A DNA stretch of 61,791 nucleotides from Bifidobacteriaceae bacterium (lineage in GTDB: Bacteria; Actinomycetota; Actinomycetes; Actinomycetales; Bifidobacteriaceae). Shown here piece after piece: positions 51,076-60,974 of the stretch (the first letter of the stretch is position 1; each line of letters starts with the position of its first letter). Location of the stretch: NCBI GenBank assembly GCA_029227215.1, contig JAQXZM010000029.1:1-61791 (forward strand), in the 5' to 3' direction. The notes under the pieces were generated by a model. It saw only the letters and a list, made by a program, of their open reading frames with translations, was not told the DNA's origin and did no database searches. The translations under genes were made by a program, and so were the position numbers.

Positions 51076-53165
51076 GCATGTACATTCCCCAGACGCTCGC
51101 AGGCGGCAGGTATTCCGTCGGCGACCTCATCGGGCATGGCGGCATGGCGGAGGTGCACATCGGCACGGACACCCGCCTCGGCCGCACCGTCGCCATCAAG
51201 ATCATGCGTTCCGACCTGGCGAGCGACCAGATCTTCCTGCGTCGCTTCCACCGCGAGGCGCTCGCCGTCGCCAAGCTCAACAACCCCAACATCGTGGCCA
51301 TCTACGATTCGGGCGACGAGGAGTTCTCGGACGAGGGCGGTCACACGGTGCGCGTGCCGTACATCGTCATGGAGTACATCAAAGGCCAGACGCTGCGCGA
51401 CATCCTCAAGGTGAACGGCGCCCTGAGCGAGCACGACACCGCCCAGGTCATGATCGGCGTGCTTTCCGCGCTCGAGTACTCGCACCGCGAGGGCATCATC
51501 CACCGCGACATCAAGCCTGGAAACATCATGATTTCCAACGAGGGCATCGTCAAGGTCATGGACTTCGGCATCGCCCGCGCGCTCGACGATTCGCAGACCA
51601 CGATGACCCAGTCGCAGGGCGTGGTGGGCACCGCCCAGTACCTGAGCCCCGAGCAGGCGCGCGGCGAGCAGGTGGACATGCGCTCCGACCTGTACTCCGC
51701 CGGCTGCGTGCTGTACGAGATGCTCACCGGCCGCCCGCCGTTCGTGGGCGATTCCGCCGTTGCCATCGCTTACCAGCATGTGAGCGAGACCGCCACGCCG
51801 CCCAGCGCCATCGTGCCGGGCCTGCCCAAGGAATGGGACGCCATCGTGGCGAAGGCGATGGCGAAGAACCGCGCCAACCGCTACTCCACCGCCGGCGAGT
51901 TCCGCGACGACATCGTGCGCCTGATGAACGGCGTGGAGCCGCTCGCCTCCAACTCCGTGGCGCCGATGGTGGCCGACAAGATGCAAGACACCCCGCCGTA
52001 CTCCATCCCGCCCGTCGAGCAGGATTACGCGACGGGCGCCTACCCCACCGCCGCCGTGCAGAACGGCGTGGGCACCGCCACCGGCACGATGGCCAGCCCC
52101 TACGCCACCGCGGCAGGCACGGGCACCGGCACCGCCGTGAAGGCGAAGAACGGCTCGAAGAAGAAGGTCGTCGCCATCATCGCCGCCCTGGTGGTCGTGG
52201 CGCTCGCGGTCGCCGCTTTCGTGGTGCTGCATAACAATTCGCAGGGCACCGCCACCGAGCAGGTCACCGTGCCCACGATCAGTGCCGGCACGTCGCGCGA
52301 CCGCGCCAAGGAGCAGATCGAGGCGGCGGGCCTGGTGTTCCAATACAAGGAAGACACCGACTCCACCGAGGACGCCGGCACGTTCACCAAGCAGGATCCC
52401 GCCGGCGGCACCACCGTCGACAAGGGCAGCACCGTGACCGTGTGGTTCTCCGCGGGGCCGCAGTCCGCCAAGGTGCCGGACGTCTCCGGCATGACGCAGT
52501 CCGAGGCACAGTCCGCGCTCGAAAGCGCCGGCTTCAAGGTCGGCAGCATCTACACCGAGAGCAGCGGGTCCGTCTCGAAAGACAGCGTGACCCGCACCGA
52601 CCCGGCGAGCGGCGAGAGCGCCAAGAAGGGCAGCACCGTGGACCTCTACATCTCCAACGGCATGACCGTTGTGCCCGATGGCCTTGTGGGCGCCAGTCAG
52701 TCCACCGCGCAGGGCCTCCTTTCCAAGCAGGGCCTGCAGGTCGTGGTGGAGCAGGAGAGCTCGGATTCTGTGGCGCAGGGCCTCGTGACCCGCACGTCGC
52801 CGGCATCGGGCGACTCGGTGGAGCAGGGCGCCACAGTCACGATCTACGTGTCCACCGGCCCCAAGACCGTGAGCCTGCCGTCCGTGATCGGCATGACGTA
52901 TGACAACGCCGCCGCCACCCTCAAGTCCATGGGCCTGACCGCCGCACGCAGCGGCTCCCAGTCCGATGCCGCCGTCGTCTCCGCCATGACGGTGAACGGC
53001 GAGGAAGTGGAAGCGGGTAGCCAGGTGTCGGAAGGCGCCACCGTCACGCTCACGATGAGCGGCGGCTCGAGCTCCTCCGATAGCTCGAGCTCGGCAAGCC
53101 CCTCGGCCTCCGGCTCAGCATCGCCAAGCGCGTCCGGGTCGAGCTCGAAGTCGGCTAGCAACTAG
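51072..53165 (+). CDS. pknB: PASTA-domain Ser/Thr kinase PknB
   Basis: HRDIKPGN, DFG, TM helix, four PASTA-like repeats. Confidence 0.93.
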   Translation: MSMYIPQTLAGGRYSVGDLIGHGGMAEVHIGTDTRLGRTVAIKIMRSDLASDQIFLRRFHREALAVAKLNNPNIVAIYDSGDEEFSDEGGHTVRVPYIVMEYIKGQTLRDILKVNGALSEHDTAQVMIGVLSALEYSHREGIIHRDIKPGNIMISNEGIVKVMDFGIARALDDSQTTMTQSQGVVGTAQYLSPEQARGEQVDMRSDLYSAGCVLYEMLTGRPPFVGDSAVAIAYQHVSETATPPSAIVPGLPKEWDAIVAKAMAKNRANRYSTAGEFRDDIVRLMNGVEPLASNSVAPMVADKMQDTPPYSIPPVEQDYATGAYPTAAVQNGVGTATGTMASPYATAAGTGTGTAVKAKNGSKKKVVAIIAALVVVALAVAAFVVLHNNSQGTATEQVTVPTISAGTSRDRAKEQIEAAGLVFQYKEDTDSTEDAGTFTKQDPAGGTTVDKGSTVTVWFSAGPQSAKVPDVSGMTQSEAQSALESAGFKVGSIYTESSGSVSKDSVTRTDPASGESAKKGSTVDLYISNGMTVVPDGLVGASQSTAQGLLSKQGLQVVVEQESSDSVAQGLVTRTSPASGDSVEQGATVTIYVSTGPKTVSLPSVIGMTYDNAAATLKSMGLTAARSGSQSDAAVVSAMTVNGEEVEAGSQVSEGATVTLTMSGGSSSSDSSSSASPSASGSASPSASGSSSKSASN

Positions 53166-53213
53166 CGGGGTGGCATCCAGCCGCTAGCGGCTGGATGCCC
53201 GCTAGGATACGCG

Positions 53214-53247
53214 AAGGGCGGTCAGTGAATCCCACTGACCGCCCTTT
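53214..53247 (+). terminator. Intrinsic terminator after pknB
   Basis: AAGGGCGGTCAGTG-loop-CACTGACCGCCCTTT; a second hairpin at ~53163-53205. Confidence 0.7.
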
Positions 53248-53318
53248 GTGCCTTGTTTGTGCCTTGATTTGTTGTGCGATGCCTGTTGTGCGATGTCTGT
53301 GATGCCGCGCGTGCCGCG

Positions 53319-53981
53319 TCACGCGGCGACCGGCTCGCGCAAGTTCGCGCTCACATTGGGGCGCAGGCCCGCGGACTTGGCGACCGCGTTCGTCTGGCCG
53401 CACAGCGCGAGCCAATTGGCAAGCAGGCGGTAGCCGCCCTCGGTCATCACGGATTCGGGGTGGAACTGCACGGCGTACATCGGCTTGCCCACCACGCGCA
53501 CCGCCTGGATCGTGCCATCGTCGGCGGCGTGCGCGGTGGCGCGCAGCGTGCTCGGCATGGTCGCCGAGTCGATGCACAGCGAATGGTAGCGGGTGGCGGT
53601 CATCGGGTTCGGCACACCGGCGAAGATCTCGTCATCCTCATGCTCGATGGGGCTTGTCTTGCCGTGGCGGATCGTGGGTGCGTGCACGATCGCCGCGCCA
53701 TACACCTCCGCCAGCGCCTGCAGTCCCAGGCACACGCCGAACATCGGGGTGCCGGTTTCGGCGCACAGGCGAATCACATCCTCGCTCGCGCCTGCCTGTG
53801 ACGGCTGGCCGGGACCGGGGGAGATGAGCACGCCATCGAACACGCTCAGGTCGAGGTGCTTCGTGCTCACCGCGTCGTTGCGCACCACCGTCGTGGTGGC
53901 GCCCAGCGTCTGCAGATACCCCACGATCGTGTAGACGAAGGAATCATAATTGTCGATGACCAGGATGCGTGCGGATTCCAT
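53319..53981 (-). CDS. pabA: Glutamine amidotransferase (aminodeoxychorismate/anthranilate synthase component II)
   Basis: IDNYDSF, SPGPG, GVCLG, RYHSL, QFHPES. Confidence 0.9.
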   Translation of the reverse strand: MESARILVIDNYDSFVYTIVGYLQTLGATTTVVRNDAVSTKHLDLSVFDGVLISPGPGQPSQAGASEDVIRLCAETGTPMFGVCLGLQALAEVYGAAIVHAPTIRHGKTSPIEHEDDEIFAGVPNPMTATRYHSLCIDSATMPSTLRATAHAADDGTIQAVRVVGKPMYAVQFHPESVMTEGGYRLLANWLALCGQTNAVAKSAGLRPNVSANLREPVAA

Positions 53982-54228
53982 GCGTCCTCCTTATCTGAGC
54001 GCTTTGTTTATCTGAGCGCTGTTTCCGAGCGCTTTACCTGAGCGCCTGCTCACAAGCCTATCTGTGTGTGAATTATACGGGTGCGGGGTTTCGCGCGGCA
54101 CGCGGATTCCACCGCGCGGAAATCCCGGTGCGCGTGGGTGCATGATGGCTGCGCGCGGTCATGATGCACCGCCGCGCATCACCGCGGCCTGTCGCTGCGG
54201 CATATCATCGTGGCATTCACCGCACCAT

Positions 54229-55371
54229 TCACTGCACCGACACGTAATTCGACGCGAGCTGCAAGTACGGGATGTTGAGCGCCGCCCACGGGAACACCCA
54301 GGCGAACAGCGCCGCCACGGCGGCGGCCGCCAGCAGCACCGCGAGCACTGCGCGCACCGGCAGCACGCCGGGCTGCAGCCTCACATACCAGCCGCACAGG
54401 CTGAACGACTTGTAATCAGGGCTCTCGCGGCGCCGGCGGATGTCCGGCCACTGCCAGGCGATCGCTGCCGCCGCCCAGATGGCGGCGTAGGCGAGCAGCA
54501 GCGCGATGCATAGGCGCGACGGCGAGGGGAGGGTGCTTGCGGCGGCTTGCACGCCGGTGCCGCCTGTGCGGGTGAACACCGTGCCCTGCGAGCTGTTCGC
54601 GGCACTCGCGAGCTCCTCAGGGATGCCGTCGGAGACCTTCGCCCAGTATTCCAGCTCGCCATAGGCGATCCAGCGGTGCGTCGGGTTCTGCAGGCGCGGG
54701 TGGCACGTGGTCATCGTGATGAGGCGTTGCGTGGGCGTGGCGCCGGGCTCGTGCGGCACCGGGTAGGTCACCTCCACCTGGTCGGGCAGCACAAGCTCGG
54801 AGGACGTGTAACGGTAGACGTACCAGTAATCCTCGGTGCGCACGATGATCGCGTCGCCCGCCTCGAGCTTGTCGATATCTCCCAGCGGGTCGCCATAGCC
54901 GGCGCGGTGGCCGGCGATGGCGAAGTTGCCCAGCACGCCGGGCATGCCGCTTTCCGTGTAGTGGCCCAGACCGCCGGTGTTGAGCTCGCGCAGCGAGGTG
55001 CCCTGCACGATGGCGCGCGACCAGGTGGAGCCGAAGCGGGGGATGTAGATTTGCCCGATGAGGCTGCCCTCCGCGGGCGTGGTGGTGAGCGTGGGCGCGG
55101 TGTCGGCGGATTGCTTGGCGGCGATCGTGTAGCTGCCATCCGCCGACGTGGCGGGCGCCGACCAGGAGACCTCGGTGAGCGTGGTGTTCTGGCTCCTTGT
55201 GGATTCCACGCCCGTCCACCACAGCTGCCACAGGATGTACAGGCCGCAGATGATGGCGCACAGCACCAGGATCTCGCCGATGACGCCCGCCGCGGTGGCG
55301 ACCGGATGGCGCTGCGTGCGCTGCCTTCCGCCCGTGCTCGGCTCACGGAGTGCGTTCTGTGCGGTGTTCAT
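54229..55371 (-). CDS. Class E sortase
   Basis: GNFAIAGHR, ITMTTCHP...R; N- and C-terminal TM helices. Confidence 0.88.
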   Translation of the reverse strand: MNTAQNALREPSTGGRQRTQRHPVATAAGVIGEILVLCAIICGLYILWQLWWTGVESTRSQNTTLTEVSWSAPATSADGSYTIAAKQSADTAPTLTTTPAEGSLIGQIYIPRFGSTWSRAIVQGTSLRELNTGGLGHYTESGMPGVLGNFAIAGHRAGYGDPLGDIDKLEAGDAIIVRTEDYWYVYRYTSSELVLPDQVEVTYPVPHEPGATPTQRLITMTTCHPRLQNPTHRWIAYGELEYWAKVSDGIPEELASAANSSQGTVFTRTGGTGVQAAASTLPSPSRLCIALLLAYAAIWAAAAIAWQWPDIRRRRESPDYKSFSLCGWYVRLQPGVLPVRAVLAVLLAAAAVAALFAWVFPWAALNIPYLQLASNYVSVQ

Positions 55372-55429
55372 GCGTGCCTTCCTGGGTGTGTGGAATGGAG
55401 TGTGGTGAATGGGGTGGGGAATTGCGTGG

Positions 55430-56323
55430 TCATTGTTGCTCGGATTGCTGGGAATCCTGCTGGGAGTCCTGCGATTGTGTGGCTTGCGATTGCGTCGCCT
55501 GCAGCTGGCTTTCGTCGGTCATCTTTGCGTATTGCAGCGATTGCAGGGAGCTTGTCACTTTCTCGAACACGAGGCTGTCTTCCTGGTTCACCTTCCAGCC
55601 CAGGCCATCCTCCTTCACGTACTCGAGGTAGAGCTGGATCGCCGAGGAATCCTGAAGCGCCTGATGCATTGCGTCGTAGGAGCCGATCGCCTGCACCGTG
55701 TAGGGAGGGGAGTAAGTGTGGCCGTTGAGCAGCAGCACGTTGCCTACGCAGCGCACGGCGGTGGTGTTCTCCACGCGCACGCCCTGGATCGTCATCGCCT
55801 CGGCTCCGCCCGCCCACAGTGCGTTCACCACCGCCTCGATGTCTTGCTGATGCACCACGTAATCGTTCACGTCCGCGCCGCTCGTGTTCGACAGCGCCGA
55901 GGCATACGAGGAATCGTCCAGCTGCACGGAGATACCCGGGCCCTCCACCTTCGGCAGCATCGTGTCGGAGCCGGCGTCCTGCACGCTTGGTTCCACATTC
56001 CACTCGGTGATGTTGCCGCTCAGTTCCTTGGCGGCGTCGAGCTTGGTGGACAGTTCGGTGATGTCGTCGGTGAGCTCGTTGGCGCGGTCCTGGCGCTTTT
56101 CGATGAGCTCACGGGTGTTCGTGGTGACCGTGGTCTTGCGGTTGAGGTTCACGTTCGCCACGAGCATGTAGCCGGCGAGAGCCGTGACCATGACGGCGGC
56201 AAGGGATGCGATCAGGCTGCGATGGCGGATGTGCCGGCGCGGTTTGCCGCCGTGCCTGCGCTCGCGGTCGAGCTCGCTGGCATCGGTGGCGCGGGCTAGG
56301 CGTGAGGCGGCATTTGTTGTCAT
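55430..56323 (-). CDS. DUF881 family protein
   Basis: GPGISVQLDD, VHQQD, NALWAGGAEAM, PPYTVQAIG. Confidence 0.9.
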   Translation of the reverse strand: MTTNAASRLARATDASELDRERRHGGKPRRHIRHRSLIASLAAVMVTALAGYMLVANVNLNRKTTVTTNTRELIEKRQDRANELTDDITELSTKLDAAKELSGNITEWNVEPSVQDAGSDTMLPKVEGPGISVQLDDSSYASALSNTSGADVNDYVVHQQDIEAVVNALWAGGAEAMTIQGVRVENTTAVRCVGNVLLLNGHTYSPPYTVQAIGSYDAMHQALQDSSAIQLYLEYVKEDGLGWKVNQEDSLVFEKVTSSLQSLQYAKMTDESQLQATQSQATQSQDSQQDSQQSEQQ

Positions 56324-56378
56324 ATTTCCACTCTAATCACTACTATGTTCTAGTAGCTTAACCTAAGGAGACTTTCCC

Positions 56379-56906
56379 ATGGCCGATACGGACGAGAAAC
56401 TCGAAAACGCCATCGAAGACGATGCGTCCACCGTCGAGGACACCCCGCAGACCGATACCGATACGGATTCGCAGACCGAAGAAGCCGCTGACAACGACGC
56501 TGAAGAAGCTGAAGAGAGCGCGGCTGAGGATGCCGCGGAGGCGGATACCGACGATTCCGAGGATTCTAAGGATTCCACGGATCTGAACGATGACGAGGTC
56601 TCCCGCAAGATCAACGAGCTGCTCGCCGAAGACAACGAGAAGAACCTCACTCCGCAGATGCGCCGCATCGTGCAGCGCGAGAAGGAGCAGAGCCGCCGCG
56701 TCGAGAAGTCCATCGAAGGCACGAAGACCAACCCCACCTGGTTCCTGTGGATCATGTGCGGCCTGATGATCCTGGGCCTCATCTGGATCGTCGTCTACTA
56801 CCTGACCGGTGGCGAGTGGCCGATTCCGAAGATCGGCAACTGGAACCTGCTCATCGGCTTCGGCATCATGCTCGTCGGCTTCCTCATGACCATGTGGTGG
56901 CACTGA
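56379..56906 (+). CDS. crgA: Cell division protein CrgA
   Basis: NPTWF...GLIWIVVYY...GNWNLLIGF...MTMWWH. Confidence 0.92.
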   Translation: MADTDEKLENAIEDDASTVEDTPQTDTDTDSQTEEAADNDAEEAEESAAEDAAEADTDDSEDSKDSTDLNDDEVSRKINELLAEDNEKNLTPQMRRIVQREKEQSRRVEKSIEGTKTNPTWFLWIMCGLMILGLIWIVVYYLTGGEWPIPKIGNWNLLIGFGIMLVGFLMTMWWH

Positions 56907-57130
56907 GCCGCTGAGCTGCAACGAGTAGCCGCTGGGCTGCTGAGCCGCAACGAGCCAATAGAACATGTATTCGCCCCGTCCGCGCCCCGCGCGGCGGGGT
57001 GTTTTCATACCGAGGAGTTGGCTCTGCGCCGCGCTGCATCGCCTTGAGCTGTCTCGCCTCGAGCTGCGCCCAGGATGGTTGAGCCGGAGGACGGCAGGAA
57101 GCGCGCCAGAAAGCGCGGCAGGAAGCGCGG

Positions 57131-57283
57131 CCAACTTGGGGTTTCGGCCATCATTTCTCGCCTTTCCCACCGATATTCTGTACACAACCCCAAGCTCGGC
57201 ATAGCTTTCTCTGCCCAACTTGGGATTCCGGCCAGCATCTCGCACTTTTCGGGCTGGGATGCTGGCCGTTATCCCAAGTTCGG
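57131..57283. repeat. Tandem pair of family A 69-bp elements
   Basis: Units 57131-57199 and 57215-57283, both starting CCAACTTGGG. Confidence 0.85.
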
Positions 57284-57401
57284 AGACGGGGATAATCTTG
57301 GTTATTCCCGGAATTATCCCGTTTATCGTGGGTAATAACCATGATTACGGCGGGATCTGGACTGTTGAATATCGGTGCTGCAGGTATGTGGGCATTGCGC
57401 G

Positions 57402-57451
57402 AAAAAACAAAACGCCTGGCGGGCATGCTGGAATCCAGCGCCCGCCAGGCG
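57402..57451 (-). terminator. Terminator of the small membrane protein gene
   Basis: Minus strand ACGCCTGGCGGGC...GCCCGCCAGGCGT followed by TTTGTTTTTT. Confidence 0.7.
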
Positions 57452-57490
57452 TCTCGCTACGCTTGCAAAGCTTTGAATCGATGAGGCTGA

Positions 57491-57534
57491 GAAATCGAGA
57501 AACCCGTGAAATCGAGAAACCCGTGAAATCGAGA
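57491..57534. repeat. 17-bp tandem repeat, ~2.6 copies
   Basis: GAAATCGAGAAACCCGT x2 + GAAATCGAGA. Confidence 0.8.
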
Positions 57535-57561
57535 GGTCTGAGGAATCGGACCTCTCGGGAA

Positions 57562-57792
57562 TCAGGCCTTCTCGCCTTCGGCCTCGACAGCCGGGGCCTC
57601 GTCTTCGCCTTCGTCGTCATCCGCGTCATCAAGACCCAGGTCGACCGGCGAAGAGCTGTTTTCCCAAGGCTCTTCCCACGGGTCGTACTCAGGGTTCTGC
57701 TGCTTGTAGATGTAGAACCCGACTGCACCCGCGAGCAAAGCGCCGAAGAGAATGGCGAAAAACTTCCAGCCATTACCAGACTTGTTCTCCAT
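57562..57792 (-). CDS. Small single-TM protein with an acidic DPWEEPW tail
   Basis: GAAAGGAG SD; one TM helix; own terminator. Confidence 0.8.
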   Translation of the reverse strand: MENKSGNGWKFFAILFGALLAGAVGFYIYKQQNPEYDPWEEPWENSSSPVDLGLDDADDDEGEDEAPAVEAEGEKA

Positions 57793-58018
57793 TGAAGTCT
57801 CCTTTCAGGAAAGCTCGGGCTTGCTCATTCAAGCCGTTGCAATCAATTGTATTGCCTTCGTGGTGATGTGGTGTGAAGAATGGCGAAACACCGCGGATTC
57901 GCGGCGTGTCGCACGTGTCGTGGCGTTGTCGTACAAGAGCATTCCGCTGTGCGGGGAATGGCGCGGCGGCACCGTGCCGTTTGCGCTGCCGGTGGTTCGC
58001 GTGCATTAGAGTGAAGGC

Positions 58019-58801
58019 ATGACTTCACCCATCAGACTTTCTCCCCGCCGCTGGATGCGCCGCGTGCGATATGAGTGGAAGAGCGGCGGTCCGGTGATCA
58101 CCGTCGCCATCATCGCGCTGTGCGTGCTCATGTGGCTGATCGAGCAGATCGCCTATTACGCCGACAGCAACGTGTTCACTGCGATGGTGTACGACATGTC
58201 GTTCATCCCGGCACTCACCACGTCGCAGCCGTGGATCTTCCTCACTTCGATGTTCATGCACGCGCCGGGCGTGGATGTGTGGCACATCCTGGGCAACATG
58301 ATCACGCTGTGGTTCGTGGCGCCTTCGCTCGAGAAGATGCTGGGGCACTGGCAGTTCCTGGCGCTTTACCTGCTGTGCGGCCTGGGTGGCGACACCGGCA
58401 ACATGGTGTACGCCCGCGTGCTCAACAGCCCGGAGTCGTGGATGCAATCGTCGTATGGCGCCAGTGGTGCGATCTTCGGTCTGTTCGGTGCGCTGCTCGT
58501 CACCTACTCGCGCATGCGGCTTGATATGCGCGAGATCATCGGACTCGTGGTGCTCAACCTTGCCATGCCGCTGATCGTGCCGAACATCGCATGGCAGGCG
58601 CATGTGGGCGGTCTGCTGACCGGTATGGGCACCACCGGCATGCTCATCGGCACCACGGCTTCGCGCCGTGCGCTCAACTATCTGCAGCGCACGATTCTCA
58701 CCGTGGCAGTGTGGGCCGTGGTGCTGGTGGCGATCGTGCTGATCTGCCAGCACACGAGCGTGTGGAGCACGGTGCTGACCAACTGGGTGCACTGGTCGTG
58801 A
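58019..58801 (+). CDS. Rhomboid intramembrane serine protease
   Basis: HILGNM, GASGAIFG, AHVGG. Confidence 0.92.
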   Translation: MTSPIRLSPRRWMRRVRYEWKSGGPVITVAIIALCVLMWLIEQIAYYADSNVFTAMVYDMSFIPALTTSQPWIFLTSMFMHAPGVDVWHILGNMITLWFVAPSLEKMLGHWQFLALYLLCGLGGDTGNMVYARVLNSPESWMQSSYGASGAIFGLFGALLVTYSRMRLDMREIIGLVVLNLAMPLIVPNIAWQAHVGGLLTGMGTTGMLIGTTASRRALNYLQRTILTVAVWAVVLVAIVLICQHTSVWSTVLTNWVHWS

Positions 58802-59160
58802 TGAGGCCGGGGCGTGCGGGGCGCTCGGGGCGCGGTTTTGCGGGTATGGGACGGAAGCGTCGATCGGGACGTGACGGGCGCCGTGCATTAACGGCGGATA
58901 ACGGGCACCGTGCGTGAAAGGCGCATGATGGGACGGCGTGGCGGGGTCGCTCGGGACGGGCTCGGGCCGGGGATACCGCTCGGAATGTGAGAGGTGCCGT
59001 GCGTGAAAGGCGCGTGGCGGGCGCGGTACGGGCCTGGCCACGAGGTCGGACCGACACAAGGATTGAAATGCCCGAGGTGCGCGCACCGGCCCGATTGCAT
59101 CACCCCTGGGCCCACGTGGAGCGCGAATAGCGCGCCCTGTTCTCGATTATTACCGTGCTG

Positions 59161-59430
59161 TCTCTTTCCCCCCTCTTCGCTTCCGTCTCTTCCCTCTGCC
59201 GCTCCTTCTCTTCTCTGTTCTCTTCCCTCTCACTCCTTTAACCTTTCCTTTCACGCCCCTCTTCGCTCCCACTCCATTTCATTCCACTTCCATCCTCATC
59301 CTTCCCTTTCTCCTTTCTCTCTTCCTTCTCTCTGTCCTTCTCTCCTCTTCTCTCCTCTCCTCTCCTCTCCTCTTCTCTTCTCTCCTCTCCTCTCCTCTCC
59401 TCTCCTCTCCTTCTCTCCCCTCCTCCTCTC
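59161..59430. repeat. Polypyrimidine tract with (CTCCT/CTCTT)n microsatellite
   Basis: ~270 bp almost entirely C/T on the + strand; pentamer run at ~59340-59410. Confidence 0.9.
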
Positions 59431-60028
59431 TGATCTACCTAGATTTTCCGTCCTGTCTCCGCCATCCCGATTGTCCGTTTGGGTTTCAAAGAGATGCGGG
59501 GAATTCATGGGGACAACGGATTGATATTCCTCACAGATACAGATGTGTTGCTGGTGCTGGAATCGATGAGGATTCTCTTGCTGGTCAGGCTGTCATAGGT
59601 TTCAGCATCATCTCAGTGCAGAAATCCATGACTTTGTGAGTGCGTTATTGATTGTCAGAGGTAACGGCACGGAATTTTCACATTTTCAGAGAAAATGACA
59701 CGAATTTCGAGACCAAAATCTCTGATAACCGAAAATGCGAGGGCAGAGTCAGGCAAGACGGCACTGATTCGGTCTCATGTCGGTATCTCTGATGATTGTA
59801 ATGGTCGGGACGGTGGTGGTGATTTTGGACTGAGCGTGACCAAGACGGAAGCTGCATGTATGGCCCGGAGCAACGGGAGGCAGCATTTGGAGGTCCTCGA
59901 GAGGAACGACCGACCATAGATTGCTGAGACGGTAGCGGAGTGGGCCGTAATGGGAGACCTTGGGGTTGGTAAATCCGCTTCGATGCCGAACTGGCCAGAG
60001 AATCTGCAATTGCCTAGAAATCCACCAT

Positions 60029-60350
60029 TGTGGATAACTTTGTGGAAAGATGGGGATGGTCGTGGATAAGAAAGACGATGCTCGGGGTACCCGCTGCGTC
60101 GATGTGAGAGTAAATAATCGGTGAAATTCGAACGAAAATCAGTGTTCGAGAGGTGAATTTCAACCAGTTGTGCACAGCGGAAAACGTTGGAATATCAAGC
60201 CTGGGGTGACTTTTCCACAATGTTATCCACTATTGTTCCATTTCCTTGTGTATAGGTGGGGATTACTGGGGATTACGCGCCGCACAGCTACTGGCCGCGC
60301 AAAACACACGTGTGTAAGTTGTGAACTGCTGTGGATATCAATGTGGATAA
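60029..60350. promoter_or_regulatory. Remote DnaA-box cluster
   Basis: TGTGGATAA 60029 and 60342; near-matches CGTGGATAA 60061, TTTTCCACA 60211, TTATCCACT 60223, TGTGTATAG 60247, TGTGGATAT 60330. Confidence 0.75.
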
Positions 60351-60806
60351 CTTGCCATGATTGAGGGGCGCTGAGCACAACCTCTTTCTCCTTCCTCCTT
60401 TCTCCTTCCTCTCTTAATCATCCGCCGTGTGCTCATATGCACACACAACCGCGGGTATGCGGGTGTTTTCAGCCATCAAGCGAGCCGTGTTCCGGCATCG
60501 GGTGCGCAGAGGCGCACACGACCTGCAGATTGGGGCAGCGAAGGTGCCTCAACGGATGGCTTTACCATATCCGTGTGCGCACACGCACACCCGACAGACA
60601 GATAGCGGTCCCGCCCGGGCAGTATTCGGCCGTATCTAGGCGTGCGTGTGCGAGCTCGCGCGCACGGATGGGGAGATACGGCTGGAATCAGGTGTCAAAG
60701 CCCCGTAATCACAGGGGAGGGTGTGCGCTCGCGCACACGGCCACACAGCGCCCAGGATGCACCACCAAACCGGCGCCCCGAACCCCACCCACATACAGCG
60801 GCATAC

Positions 60807-60840
60807 AAAAAGGGGATGCCTCGCATTGCGAAGCATCCCC
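60807..60840 (-). terminator. Intrinsic terminator of glgP
   Basis: Minus strand GGGGATGCTTCGCAATGCGAGGCATCCCC followed by a T run. Confidence 0.8.
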
Positions 60841-60974
60841 AATCATGCGGCTAACAGGCGGCGGTCATCAGGTCACGCACCCGGTGTCAAGACACGCGAC
60901 GTCAAGACACCGGGAAACCAGGGCGTCAAGCGGGCACAATACCCGTGCTGAACCCGCGCGCCTGCCGCCCGGCA

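Noticed and set aside
53991..54046. Four GAGCGC-containing short repeats upstream of pabA
   Set aside because: Irregular spacing; consistent with the local slippage duplications common in this genome
58994..59524. ORFs across the CT tract (SPLL / RRGEE repeats)
   Set aside because: Translations of a microsatellite, with no coding signals
60128..60149. LexA SOS box (TCGAAC...GTTCGA); a similar near-match at ~8886
   Set aside because: The spacer is 10 nt instead of 4, and the second site has a poor left half
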